Source: an uncultured Saprospiraceae bacterium
Lineage (GTDB): Bacteria; Bacteroidota; Bacteroidia; Chitinophagales; Saprospiraceae
DNA length: 61,470 nt
NCBI GenBank assembly: GCA_964385665.1
Contig: CAYLPW010000001.1
Coordinates: forward strand, 1-61,470
Direction of reading: 5' to 3'
Shown here in pieces: positions 51,961 through 61,470 of the stretch. Made by a program: the position numbers and the translations under genes. The number at the start of each line of letters is the position of its first letter. Position 1 is the first letter of the stretch. Below the pieces are notes generated by a model. The model saw nothing but the letters and a program-made list of their open reading frames with translations, made no database searches and was not told the DNA's origin.

Positions 51961-54900
51961 GCTGTGCAGCGGTCAAAAAGTTGGCGATCACGCCCATCGG
52001 TGTGTTCATGATGATAGTGACCTCATCGGTCGTGCCGTCCACATCACCTTCCCATCCTTGAAATTCGTAGCCCGGATAGGGCGAAGCACGTAGTGTCACC
52101 GCTTCGCCGTATTGGTAAAACATCTTCGCCGGTGAGCGTTCGATGATTCCGTTCTGCGCTTCGGTGTCGATCACATACGCCATGCGCTGATTGCTGCCGC
52201 CTGTTTGTAATGGAAAGCTGTGTTCTGTACCTGGCTTCCAATCATTGGCTACTTTGCCAGTGATGTCCAATAGGTTCACCCAATTCATATTATCCGTCGA
52301 GCCTTCTAGTTTGAATGACCCAAAAGCACGTTCTGACCATTTGCGCGTGATGACTAAATCAGTCGGTAGAATGAAGTTAGCTGCTCCTAGGTCTAGCACT
52401 AAGTTAGCTGGCAGATTGTCTAGCAACCCCCAATGCGAAACATCATCATCAAAGGCACGCTCAGGTTGGTCTTCACTGGCAGTCACTGACCATTCACTGC
52501 CTGTGATGTCTGGATATTCAACTCCGTTTTCGATCAATCGCATCTCACGCATATTTGGTGCGTAGCTCGGATTGACACCCTCGCGCACGGTCAGGCGGAA
52601 GTAGCGATAGCCTGTCGGGGCTACATTGACCTCAACGCTCGCTACTTGAGTGCAGTTATTCGCATCGGTCACCGTGATTGTGTAATTCCCTGCGGTGAGT
52701 CCTGTAGCTGTAGCATCTGTTGTGCTGTTGCTCCAAGAATAGCTATATGGTGCTGTACCACCTGTGACACTCACACTCGCTGTTCCATCTGCTATACTTG
52801 TGCTACTTTCATCAGTACTTCCTATGTTTAGCGTCAAAGCAGGTGGTTCGCTCACCGTAATCATTTTTTCATTCGTGCAACCATCTCCACCTGTTACAGT
52901 CACACTATACGTGCCTGCACTTAGTCCATTCAGGGCAGTTGAGGTAGCTCCTGTATTCCATAGATAGGAAAAAGGAGGCGTACCACCTAGAATGCCTACA
53001 CTTGCTGTTCCATCACTACCGCCAAAGCAGCTCACACTTGAACTACTACTCGCTACGGATAGATTGCACACCACACCTGCTTGATTGACAGACAGTGTTC
53101 GGGTGATGCCACCACCGCTGATATTGACGGTAGCAGCACGAGGAGTCGAGCTGTTGTTTGCCGTAGCAGTGACATCAATGGTGCTGTTTCCTGTTCCACT
53201 TGTCGGGTTTAAAGTCAGCCAAGGGGCGGTCGTGTTTGCTGTCCAAGCTATATTGCTTGTGACGGTGGTGGACTGTGTGGCTCCTATTTCTGCATAGCTC
53301 AAATTACTTGGGTTGATGCTTAGGTTAGGAACAGGTCCGCAATTGCTCGCTACCGTTCCAAAAGCTGGATCGGTTGGTGGTGTTCCGTTTTGGGTGATAT
53401 ATACCTTGTCCAAGTATGTTCCGTCTTCTCGGTAGGCTACGTCTAGCGTGTTGCTGCCTAGGTTCATGTTGAAAGTCACAACTTGTGCGCCGTTGCTAGA
53501 GTCCCATACTTGTTTCCATTGAAATTCATTTGAAGTGGACACCCCATTGAACTTGATCCAACTACCGTTGTTGGCTCTGACCCAAAAGGAGTCGTCTGAT
53601 CCGCCACCTGATTGAAGGCGTAGATACACTTTATAGTTACCTGATTGTAGCAGATCGAAGTCGAAGCGGATATGATCTTCCGCATTCATGGGGGCAGAGC
53701 TGGTCGAGTTAGTGCCAGGTGTTACCTGCATGAATATGCCTTCTGATGCTTCTGAACTATTGGTACTGATCCATTTAGACCCTACTGTTCCACATTCTGC
53801 TTCCAGCCAATACTCATTTGCGCCCATCGGGGCTGCATTCACTACTACACTTGCTGTCTCGGTACAACTGTTGGCATCTGTTACAGTCAGGGTGTAGGTG
53901 TTGGGTGGCAAATTGGTTACAGTAGGTGTGGTCGCGCCGTTACTCCAACTATAGGTATAAGGGGCAGTACCGCCACTAGCCGAAGCAGTTGCCGTTCCAT
54001 CAGCTGCTCCTGCACTGCTTTCTTCAGTACTATTCATCGTTACTGTCAACGCACTCGGTTCGCTGACTTGAACACTTCCGACGGCGGCACAGCCTATGTT
54101 ATCCGTGACTGTTACTGTGTACGTTCCCGCCAATACATTTGTCAAGTCAGCCGTTGTTTCTCCATTATTCCAAAGATAAGTGTAAGGGGCTACACCGTTT
54201 GTTGGAATGGTCGTGATGCTGCCATCTGCTAGTCCATTACAAGCAACACTCGTTGGTGAAAGACTTACAGAAAAACTACTACAATCTACACTGACGGTCA
54301 CCGAGTTAAATGTAGTACAACTATTAGCATCTGTGACAGTCACCTCGTATGTGCCTGCTGTCAAGTCACTGATGCTTGCTGTGGTCGCGCCAGTATTCCA
54401 AAGGTAAGTATATGGGGCAGTACCGCCATTTACAGTAGCAGTCGCTGTTCCATTAGCCGCTCCTGCACTGCTTTCTTCTGTGCTACTCATCGTTATGCTC
54501 AGCATAGTTGGCTCACTTACTTGAACACTTTCAATAGCGGTACAGCCTAGATCATCGGTCACTGTTACTGTGTACGTTCCCGCCAGTACATTCGTCAAAT
54601 CAGCGGTTGTTTCCCCACCATCCCAGAGATAGGTGTAAGGGGCAGTGCCACCACTTGCAACAACATTTGCTGTTCCATTCGTGCCGCCAAAACAGTCAAC
54701 ATAGGTAGCACTAACAGCAGCAGTTAAGGTACAGGGAATACCATCCTGATTGATCGTGACTATCTGTGTTAATCCACCTCCTGATATGGTAATCCATCCA
54801 GTTCTGTTATTGATGGTAGGGTTGGCATTTACTGTAACATTTACTGTTCCATTGTTACTACCGCTTGTAGGATTCAGCGTACTCATCCAAGCCTCACTAG

Positions 54901-57900
54901 TAGTTACTGTCCAGTTGACATTGGAAGTAATGTTGAAAGACGGTGTACTTGAACTAGCGTCAACTGATAGACTAGTTGGATTGACCGTTAAGTTGACGGG
55001 TGGTACACAGTTGCTTGCCATGGGTCCAAAGTCAGCATCAGCAGGTGCTGTACCGTTCTGTGTAATATAGATTTTGTCGAGCTTTGTATCCTCCTCTCTA
55101 TAAGTGACATCTAGGGTATTCTCGCCTGCATTCATATTGAAAACAACTGGCTCTAAGCCATCGTCGGAGTCCCAAACTCGTATCCATCTAAATTCGTCAT
55201 TGGTGGTAATGCTGTTGAATTTAATCCATGTACCTTCATTGACACGTACCCAAAAAGAATCGCCTTGTGCGTTGGGCGAGCGTACTCTGAAGTAAACTTT
55301 ATATCCACCGGCTTGCAGTAAATTAAAGGTGTATCGCATACGGTCATCTATACCAGAAGGCGCACTACTTTGAGAATTATTGCCCGAAGTTATTTCCATG
55401 AATTCGCCTTCCGAAGCATCATTATCCGTTCCCGTTATCCAATTTGCCCCAATATCGCCACACTCTGCTTCTAACCAGTATTCGTTTGCACCTGCTACTG
55501 CCGCTTCAATTGTTACTGCAGCTGTTGCTGTACAATTGTTCGCATCGGTCACGGTCACCGTATATCCACCTGGACTTAATCCGTTGATACTCGCTGTTGT
55601 CACTCCAGTATTCCAGAGATAGGTGTATGGTGTAGTACCACCATTTGCGGTTACCGTAGCTGTGCCATCATTGGTATTTGGACTGCTTTCGTCTGTTTTG
55701 TTTGTGCCTAATGTAAGCGCAGTAGGTGAACTAACTGTTATTGTTGCAGTTGCAGTGCAGCCAATAGCGTCCGTAATCGTCACTGTGTAGCTATCGGCTG
55801 CTACGTTCGTTAAATCAGGTGTTGCCGAACCATTACTCCACACATAAGTAAAAGGGGTGACTCCATTAGTAGTAGTACTCATCACCGCCCCATCAGCTAC
55901 GTCACTACAGGTTGCGTCAGTAGCAGTTAATGAACCCGTAAAACTGCTACAATCTATAGCTACTGTGACAGTAGCTGTCTCTGTACATCCATTGGTATCG
56001 GTAACTGTAACCTCGTATATTCCTGAACTTAGTCCACTGATATTGCTTGTCGTTTCGGTAGTATTCCAAAGATAGGTATAAGGCATAGTGCCACCGCCTG
56101 CGCTAACGGAAGCTGTTCCATCACTTGCAGTAGGAGTACTTTCGTCTGTACTGCTCATCGTTAAGGTAAGGGCAGCAGGTGCGCCAACCGTCGCCGTTGC
56201 TATTTCTACGCAGCCATTCGCGTCGGTAATGGTGAGTGTATAGTCATCGGCTACTACATTTGTTAAATTAGGTGTTGTTGAACCATTGCTCCACATATAA
56301 GTAAAAGGAGCTGCGCCATTGGTGGTACTACTCGTCACCGACCCATCTACTGCGTCACTACAAGTAGTATTTGTCGCCGTTAGTGCCACCGAAAAACTAC
56401 TACAATCTACAGCTACTGTTGCGGAAGCCGTTTCGGTACAATTGTTCGCATCCGTGACGGTCACCTCATAAGTGCCTACGCTCAATCCACTGATGCTATT
56501 AGTCGTCTCGTTGGTACTCCAGAGATAAGTATAAGGTGATGTGCCACCACTTGCCGAAGCAGTAGCTGTACCATCAGAAGCACCTGCTATGGTCTCATCC
56601 GTAGAAGAGATATTTACAGTTAATTCAGTGGGTTCACTAACGACTACGTTCTCTATTACTGAGCATCCGATATCATCTGTCACTGTAACGCTATACGTTC
56701 CAGCAGCTATATTAGTAATGGTAGTTGTAGTCGCACCTGTATCCCAAAGATAGGTGTAGGGTGATGTGCCACCACTTGCTGTTATCGTTGCGCTTCCATC
56801 ACTATTCCCAAAACAACTCACTAGAGTACTGTTTCCACTCGCACTTAGTGTACACGTTATTCCATCTTGGCTGACGGTAACTGTTCGGGTAATTAGTCCG
56901 TCAGTGATGGTAATGGTGGCAGTTCTGGAATTGGTCGTTGTATTTGGATCTGCTACTACGGATAAGGTAGCATTCCCGCTCCCAGAAGTAGTACCTACGG
57001 ATAACCAGTTGACGTTTTCACTAACCGTCCAGCTGACGTTGCTAGTGATGTTGATGCTCTGCGTCCCTCCATTTTCGTCAAAGTCTAGAGCAGCTGGCGT
57101 AACAGTGAGAAAAGGGGGTGTTCCACAAGTGGAAGCCGTTGGGCCGTTGCCCGATGGTTGGCTTCCAGAGGTGACAACTAGTCGATCAATTCGATAGCCA
57201 TCTTCTCGCCGTGCGATTTCTACCGTATGGTTTCCGACACCTAAGTTGGCACTTCCTAAACTTGCCCATTGCCACTGATTATCTCCACCTCCGTTGTCTT
57301 GTGCGCCAGTAGCTTGTCCATTGAATCCACCATGTACTGAGTTACCAGAACCATCGGGCGAATTTCGACGCACGTAGATGGTATAGTTTCCTGAGTTGTT
57401 GATTTTGATGTTATAAATTAGTTTCGAGCCGTTGCTAAAGCTAGCATTTCCACCACCGCTCCCATCGGGTGTAGTGACGTAGCTACCTACTGCACCACTA
57501 ATACTGTTGGCGATTTCCCAATCTGTTGCGTCTCCTTGATTTTGAATCTCTGCATAGTCTTCTGCTTCGATAGTCACACTGCCATTCATTTCCTGAAAGG
57601 CACAAGGTCCTGAGGAGACTGTTTCAGTGGTAGTAGCGACACAGCCATTATTATCTGTTACCGTCACCTCATAAATACCATTTCCTAGCTCACTTAAATC
57701 TTGCGTGCTTGCCCCACTATTCCATAAGTAGGTGTAAGGAGAAGTCCCCCCATTCACAGTCAAATCAATGGCGCCATCAGTAGCTGTTTCGTCGCTAGTA
57801 TTTGTGACAGAAGTATTTAAAGCAATCACTGTTGCAGCAGTAACAGTAGCTGTGGTAGTTACTACACAACCATCATCATCTGTCACTGTCAGCGTGTAAG

Positions 57901-59599
57901 TACCTTCACTTAAGTTATTCAAGTTAGGGGTAGTCACGCCGTTACTCCATGCATAAGTATAGGGAGACTCACCACCACTCACTGTTGTTGTAATTGAGCC
58001 GTCGCTATCTCCACTACAGGTCACCGCATTAGTATTCGTGTTGATGTTGATTGAACAACCCACAGCGTCTGGGAAAGTACCTATTGCAACTGCCCAATCT
58101 GAGGTACTAGGTAAACTAATGGTTTGATTGGTCGGCGAAAGCATACCTAAATTAATCTCTTGATACGCATTTTTTGTATTGACGGCGACAGCAGTTAGTG
58201 GGCCACTAGCACTACTTAGATTGATCTGAATGGAATTAGCATTCTCTCGATAGAGGACAAAATTTTGATTGTCGGGTGTTTTGAGAATGCGTGTATTGCT
58301 ATTGGAGGATAGTTGATTGGCGCGTTCCATGTCGTAGAGCAGTCGATTGTTGTCGACGAAGAAGGTGGCGTATGTTTTGATTTGATCTTTGTTGGGATAT
58401 GGGTCAGATTTTCGAGCAGAGCCTGTCAAATCCCAGAGATTCCCCCAAATGCCTGCGACGCCGCCTGCCATCCCTGCATTCCACATGGTTGTTCGAGAAT
58501 CGCTTCCATCCTGTGCGAAGTCTTTACTTCTGCCTTGATTTCTGATGCGAAAACGATCTTCTGAAAAAGAAGGTTTGAAGGGGCGTTCGGTAATGGTTTC
58601 TACATATTTATCATAGTCAGGACGGTGTTGCTCGTAAGAGGAATAGTCCATCGCTTCGGAGATTTGGTTTAGCTGATTTTTGTCCGAGCGAGCACCCATC
58701 AAATGATTCCAACCCAATCTATCTTGCACATAGTCATGCCATTCTGTCAATTGAGAACCATTCACCCATTCAAATAAATCAAATCCATAGCTAGTCGTCC
58801 ATCCTGGAATAGGACCTAGCCGAGCAGCGATATAGCGTTGTAGTCTTTTATCTACTGCGCCATTGATGCCGCCCCCAGAGCCACCTATGCTGATAGGTGT
58901 CTGCCCTCTAGAGTCGTCTCCCCACCACCAGAAGTGAGTAGCTCCGCCTGCTAGATAAGTCTTAGTGATGAGAAGTTCCATGATTTCAAACATCTTCGGA
59001 TCAGGATCACTAGCATTAGAAGATACGCTATTGGTAGATTTGTCGTAGTCGAACCACAGCCCCATTGGTCGAACATGAAAGCCTGTGAATCCATGTCCAT
59101 CCATAAATTCTTGAATGTCTGCGTCTATCTGCGTTGGATTGTTGTAAAGCGTAGCTAGATCATCAAAATACATGACGTAGTTGGGCGTAAATCGTTTATT
59201 GTTGCCTGTCCAATACCACTTTTCGTTGTCACCCCGCACGTAACCTTTAATGTTAGGATCAGTATTGGGACTGACGGTTATTGTACCAGTATGCCCATTT
59301 AAGTCCGAATCTGAACTACTGGTACTAAATGACCAGCTTCCTGTCAAAGAAGCAGAGAAACGCCACTTCCAGGTATTGTTGCTATCGTAGAACATCTGGG
59401 TGACGTGCTGCGCTCCACTAGTGTGGGTATAAGTAACCGTCGCGATCACATCGAAAGCGTTGCCACTGTAGGAGTTGTTAGTGACACTCCATTCCTCAAA
59501 AGGATAGTATTGAGTAGCATTTCGGTTGCCAAAGTCGATGCCGTATAGGTTACAGATACTGACTAACAACAGCGTAAAAAGTGTTAGATAGCTTTGCAT
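51602..59599 (-). CDS. Giant (2665 aa) secreted chimera: DUF5060/DUF4038-like glycosidase head, 14 SprB repeats, 3 CBM-like modules, 3 BACON domains, discoidin, InlB-B-like repeat and an HRNHL C-terminal domain
   Basis: Single ORF with a signal peptide (LFTLLLVSICNLYG). Module order is head - SprBx2 - CBM(A) - BACON - SprBx6 - CBM(B) - BACON - SprBx4 - CBM(B) - BACON - SprBx2 - F5/8-type-C-like - InlB-B-like - C-terminal domain. No LYPNP-type T9SS tail. Confidence 0.9.
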   Translation of the reverse strand: MQSYLTLFTLLLVSICNLYGIDFGNRNATQYYPFEEWSVTNNSYSGNAFDVIATVTYTHTSGAQHVTQMFYDSNNTWKWRFSASLTGSWSFSTSSSDSDLNGHTGTITVSPNTDPNIKGYVRGDNEKWYWTGNNKRFTPNYVMYFDDLATLYNNPTQIDADIQEFMDGHGFTGFHVRPMGLWFDYDKSTNSVSSNASDPDPKMFEIMELLITKTYLAGGATHFWWWGDDSRGQTPISIGGSGGGINGAVDKRLQRYIAARLGPIPGWTTSYGFDLFEWVNGSQLTEWHDYVQDRLGWNHLMGARSDKNQLNQISEAMDYSSYEQHRPDYDKYVETITERPFKPSFSEDRFRIRNQGRSKDFAQDGSDSRTTMWNAGMAGGVAGIWGNLWDLTGSARKSDPYPNKDQIKTYATFFVDNNRLLYDMERANQLSSNSNTRILKTPDNQNFVLYRENANSIQINLSSASGPLTAVAVNTKNAYQEINLGMLSPTNQTISLPSTSDWAVAIGTFPDAVGCSININTNTNAVTCSGDSDGSITTTVSGGESPYTYAWSNGVTTPNLNNLSEGTYTLTVTDDDGCVVTTTATVTAATVIALNTSVTNTSDETATDGAIDLTVNGGTSPYTYLWNSGASTQDLSELGNGIYEVTVTDNNGCVATTTETVSSGPCAFQEMNGSVTIEAEDYAEIQNQGDATDWEIANSISGAVGSYVTTPDGSGGGNASFSNGSKLIYNIKINNSGNYTIYVRRNSPDGSGNSVHGGFNGQATGAQDNGGGDNQWQWASLGSANLGVGNHTVEIARREDGYRIDRLVVTSGSQPSGNGPTASTCGTPPFLTVTPAALDFDENGGTQSINITSNVSWTVSENVNWLSVGTTSGSGNATLSVVADPNTTTNSRTATITITDGLITRTVTVSQDGITCTLSASGNSTLVSCFGNSDGSATITASGGTSPYTYLWDTGATTTTITNIAAGTYSVTVTDDIGCSVIENVVVSEPTELTVNISSTDETIAGASDGTATASASGGTSPYTYLWSTNETTNSISGLSVGTYEVTVTDANNCTETASATVAVDCSSFSVALTATNTTCSDAVDGSVTSSTTNGAAPFTYMWSNGSTTPNLTNVVADDYTLTITDANGCVEIATATVGAPAALTLTMSSTDESTPTASDGTASVSAGGGTMPYTYLWNTTETTSNISGLSSGIYEVTVTDTNGCTETATVTVAIDCSSFTGSLTATDATCSDVADGAVMSTTTNGVTPFTYVWSNGSATPDLTNVAADSYTVTITDAIGCTATATITVSSPTALTLGTNKTDESSPNTNDGTATVTANGGTTPYTYLWNTGVTTASINGLSPGGYTVTVTDANNCTATAAVTIEAAVAGANEYWLEAECGDIGANWITGTDNDASEGEFMEITSGNNSQSSAPSGIDDRMRYTFNLLQAGGYKVYFRVRSPNAQGDSFWVRVNEGTWIKFNSITTNDEFRWIRVWDSDDGLEPVVFNMNAGENTLDVTYREEDTKLDKIYITQNGTAPADADFGPMASNCVPPVNLTVNPTSLSVDASSSTPSFNITSNVNWTVTTSEAWMSTLNPTSGSNNGTVNVTVNANPTINNRTGWITISGGGLTQIVTINQDGIPCTLTAAVSATYVDCFGGTNGTANVVASGGTAPYTYLWDGGETTADLTNVLAGTYTVTVTDDLGCTAIESVQVSEPTMLSITMSSTEESSAGAANGTATATVNGGTAPYTYLWNTGATTASISDLTAGTYEVTVTDANSCTTFNSVTVSVDCSSFSVSLSPTSVACNGLADGSITTIPTNGVAPYTYLWNNGETTADLTNVLAGTYTVTVTDNIGCAAVGSVQVSEPSALTVTMNSTEESSAGAADGTATASASGGTAPYTYSWSNGATTPTVTNLPPNTYTLTVTDANSCTETASVVVNAAPMGANEYWLEAECGTVGSKWISTNSSEASEGIFMQVTPGTNSTSSAPMNAEDHIRFDFDLLQSGNYKVYLRLQSGGGSDDSFWVRANNGSWIKFNGVSTSNEFQWKQVWDSSNGAQVVTFNMNLGSNTLDVAYREDGTYLDKVYITQNGTPPTDPAFGTVASNCGPVPNLSINPSNLSYAEIGATQSTTVTSNIAWTANTTAPWLTLNPTSGTGNSTIDVTATANNSSTPRAATVNISGGGITRTLSVNQAGVVCNLSVASSSSSVSCFGGSDGTASVGILGGTPPFSYLWNTGATSTALNGLSAGTYSVTVTGGDGCTNEKMITVSEPPALTLNIGSTDESSTSIADGTASVSVTGGTAPYSYSWSNSTTDATATGLTAGNYTITVTDANNCTQVASVEVNVAPTGYRYFRLTVREGVNPSYAPNMREMRLIENGVEYPDITGSEWSVTASEDQPERAFDDDVSHWGLLDNLPANLVLDLGAANFILPTDLVITRKWSERAFGSFKLEGSTDNMNWVNLLDITGKVANDWKPGTEHSFPLQTGGSNQRMAYVIDTEAQNGIIERSPAKMFYQYGEAVTLRASPYPGYEFQGWEGDVDGTTDEVTIIMNTPMGVIANFLTAAQPWRNIEVNLSLQGVLENAEMRNDLNSILEYEDPYELGERVSSMPTGAVDWVTIELRNANDPSIVEASRACLLHKDGYVIDLDGARGVKFDVPNLTSAYIVVKHRNHLSMMTAQPVAFGN
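52240..52615 (-). other. Discoidin (F5/8 type C)-like domain
   Basis: GYRYFRLTVREG...MREMRLIENG...AFDDD..SHW......PANLVLDLG...FKLEGSTDNMNW. Confidence 0.55.
53385..55495 (-). repeat. Two consecutive CBM(B)-BACON-SprBn super-modules (CBM-to-CBM distance ~1.67 kb)
   Basis: GANEYWLEAECG...DSFWVR.N.G.WIKFN...LDK.YITQNGT starts at about 55495 and again at about 53825. Each is followed by a BACON-like domain (N..WT......W......SG..N.T..VT..AN....R......ISGGG.T......NQ.G) and then SprB repeats. Confidence 0.75.
58063..59599 (-). other. N-terminal putative catalytic region (DUF5060 beta-sandwich plus DUF4038/clan GH-A-like barrel)
   Basis: NAFDVIATVTYTHTSGAQHVTQMFYDSNNTWKWRFSASLTGSWSFSTSSSDSDLNGHTGTITV fits the DUF5060 pattern (NPFD...GFYDG..W.vRF.P...G.W.y). 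It is followed by about 350 aa with W/D/E-rich barrel-like blocks. Assignment is from memory of the family consensus. Confidence 0.5.
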
Positions 59600-60155
59600 A
59601 AGTTATGATTAGTTTTAATTATAGGCTTCTTTGATCGGATTTCTTCTGGTCGTCACTTTATCTATCTATCATGTTGTCAATATCCTCACTTGTGTAGGAG
59701 GCTATGTCAGCGTCTATTTGAACCGCTACATGGGACAGGTCTACATGATCTATATGATTGGTTACTATGCTATCGAAATATCAATATTCTTTTACCTCTT
59801 AGCATCTCTGACTGAGTCGGATTCAGTTCTACAAGGTGATTTCTTTTCTTCTCATTCACGCTTTAAAAATGGATGTTGTAGGTCAAAGTAATTCAAGCAA
59901 CTGTTGGAGAGATTATTTCACTTTTCATCCGAACTACACAATTGGTAGTACAAGCCTTTCTTGTGTCGTTGGAATTTGGATGCTTAATACAAATAATTTA
60001 AAAATAATATATTCATGTCACTATCCAATATTTTCTGATGAAAAACATTGCAACACATTAATCATTTTGCTATCCAAATTACTGTGTCAGATATTTTTAC
60101 ACGAGTGGGTAGTGATGGGCTAAATTATTAACTAGTCAAAGCATCTTATGAGATA

Positions 60156-60190
60156 CAAAAAGGGAGCGATAACAACTGCTATCACTCCCT
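60156..60190 (-). terminator. Rho-independent terminator of the gene ending at 60227
   Basis: The minus strand reads AGGGAGTGAT-(10 nt)-ATCGCTCCCT (10-bp stem, one mismatch) followed by TTTTT. Confidence 0.65.
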
Positions 60191-60226
60191 ATTCGCTAAG
60201 TTCTATTTATTCTCAACTAAAAGACT

Positions 60227-61470
60227 CTACTCATTTAGTTTGATAAAGCGTTCAATGTTACCTGCACTATCTGCTAAGTAGTAGATACCTGCTGATAAGT
60301 TACTGACATCTATTCGCATAGTATTCCAACCCAACTGCTGGAAGGTCTGTGAAACGCTCATCACTCGCTGACCATAGACATCCATGATGTACACTTCTGC
60401 TTGTACATCGTTGATTCGCATATTGACTTGAAGTTCCATGTTCCCTCCAATAGGGTTTGGATAAACTTCTAGTCCAGATAGATTCTCATCAACTAAGGTT
60501 GCTGTACGAATATCGGAATACTCAAATGTACCATCTGTATCTACTTGCTTCAAGCGGTAGTAGTATTCTACATTTGGAGTGACATCTATGTCTTCAAAAC
60601 TGTAGTCCGTCTGATTCAAAGTCGTTCCCTGTCCTGCGATACGTGCGATAAATTTGAAGGTCTTCGCATCTTCGCTACGCTCTACTTCAAAGTGACTGTT
60701 GTTCAGCTCACTAGCTGTTATCCAAGCAAGACCAATGCGATCTTTATCGGCTTTAGCGGTGAAGCTCAACAACTCTACTGGTAGCACAAAATCACCCATG
60801 ATACTCTCAATATCGTGGTCATCTTCATCATCCGTTGCTGGATTTGATTTGAAGTCCTCATTGAGTACGTCATCCTTTAGATTTGCCCCCTCTGTTTCAC
60901 CAGAAAGCGTCATGTTCATATCATCTGGCGTACTGTCTATATCTACTAATGGTGTAGTACCACCGTTGTCATCGTTGTCGTTAGCTGAAATTTCGGAGAA
61001 GATAGAAACTGTCTGCCCTGGAGTAGCTGTAGGACTTAGATTATATTCCACTGTGAACATCAATAAGTCACCTGGCATTAACCAATCCAATTCATCTGTT
61101 CCGAACTCGATTGTGAAGTCATCATTATCTGCATCCGTTCCATTGTCCGCTCTCATGATAGTCGGCGTACCACTAGTACCTGCACCACCGCCAATAGCCA
61201 TCGTCATAATGTTCATAGCAGTAGGTGCGCCTAAAAACTCAGCAGGCACATAGTTTGTCACTGTGATATCAGAAGCAGGTTGATTTCCTTGATTCTGGAC
61301 GGTGATCTTGAATGTGATCGCTTCATTCGGCTGATAGAACATGCCGTTGGAAGGTGTGGAAGCATCCTCGATGATGAGGGCTAAGTCAAATATTACATTG
61401 CGGAAGCTAAAGTCGATGGTCTCATCTACATTATCATCATCTAGTGTACCTGGATATTGTGGATCTCCTG
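60227..61470 (-). CDS. DUF11-repeat surface protein with pre-CTD cassette and T9SS type-A sorting domain; C-terminal part only (ORF continues past the right edge)
   Basis: The track starts it at Met 61342. The frame stays open upstream to nt 61470 (...GDPQYPGTLDDDNVDETIDFSFRNVIFDLALIIEDASTPSNGMFYQ...), which is DUF11-like. The C-terminus is VLPVELLSFTAKADKDRIGLAWITASELNNSHFEVERSEDAKTFKFI...YYYRLKQVDTDGTFEYS...LEVYPNPIGG...GIYYLAD. Confidence 0.85.
   Translation of the reverse strand, partial: GDPQYPGTLDDDNVDETIDFSFRNVIFDLALIIEDASTPSNGMFYQPNEAITFKITVQNQGNQPASDITVTNYVPAEFLGAPTAMNIMTMAIGGGAGTSGTPTIMRADNGTDADNDDFTIEFGTDELDWLMPGDLLMFTVEYNLSPTATPGQTVSIFSEISANDNDDNGGTTPLVDIDSTPDDMNMTLSGETEGANLKDDVLNEDFKSNPATDDEDDHDIESIMGDFVLPVELLSFTAKADKDRIGLAWITASELNNSHFEVERSEDAKTFKFIARIAGQGTTLNQTDYSFEDIDVTPNVEYYYRLKQVDTDGTFEYSDIRTATLVDENLSGLEVYPNPIGGNMELQVNMRINDVQAEVYIMDVYGQRVMSVSQTFQQLGWNTMRIDVSNLSAGIYYLADSAGNIERFIKLNE

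Noticed and set aside
59631-60123. Two overlapping plus-strand ORFs (86 and 95 aa) in the 627-bp spacer upstream of the 2665-aa gene
   Set aside because: The region is AT-rich promoter/terminator DNA between two minus-strand genes. The ORFs have no motifs and low-complexity hydrophobic composition. The minus-strand terminator at 60156-60190 explains part of the spacer.
1-61470. Whether the window is a complete circle, with the left-edge ORF (1-917, minus) continuing into the right-edge ORF (60227-61470, minus)
   Set aside because: Joining nt 1 to nt 61470 puts the two reading frames out of phase and produces a stop codon within about 30 nt. The edges are therefore not a circular junction.

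Overview
The window looks like an accessory replicon segment from a Bacteroidota organism. The lineage call rests on SusC/SusD pairs, T9SS type-A C-terminal sorting domains, SprB and BACON repeats, a hybrid two-component regulator and TAnnTTTG-type promoters. All family calls come from motifs I recognise in the translated ORFs. No searches were run, and domain-level coordinates are approximate (+/-30 nt).

Layout:
(a) 1-917 (-): N-terminus of a secreted protein that runs off the left edge.
(b) 1580-7337: a LuxR-type response regulator, then a complete plasmid-style maintenance backbone. It contains a Toprim primase-like gene, an RHH-like gene, parA, an iteron origin with two DnaA boxes, an RPA-type repA, a Bro-N/DinD-like gene and a Hin/Tn3-type serine recombinase.
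(c) 8314-23253 (+): a 4979-aa T9SS-sorted giant adhesin with LamG, a CBM-like module, PKD/SprB repeats, 5 tandem DUF11 repeats and 13 SdrD-B domains. The SdrD region includes a 2.6-kb super-duplication.
(d) 23897-27643: a REC-histidine kinase plus a TPR-histidine kinase.
(e) 27640-51524: a polysaccharide-utilisation-type locus. It encodes an HTCS regulator, a VCBS/ASPIC protein, an orphan ECF sigma factor, a PAP2/vanadium-haloperoxidase-like protein, SusC, SusD, two GH5-like paralogues with T9SS tails, a small secreted Cys-motif protein, a GH28-like enzyme, a KilA-N protein and a sulfatase.
(f) 51602-59599 (-): a 2665-aa chimera. It has a DUF5060/DUF4038-like glycosidase head, three (CBM-BACON-SprBn) super-modules, a discoidin domain, an InlB-B-like repeat and an unusual HRNHL C-terminal domain with no T9SS tail.
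(g) 60227->61470 (-): the C-terminal part of another DUF11/T9SS surface protein.

I found no rRNA, tRNA, CRISPR array, transposase or recognisable defence system.

The best candidates for something new are:
- the apparently plasmid-borne capture-and-degrade locus built around the 2665-aa enzyme/CBM/SprB scaffold and its non-canonical C-terminus;
- the cassette sharing, in inverted orientation, between the giant surface-protein genes.
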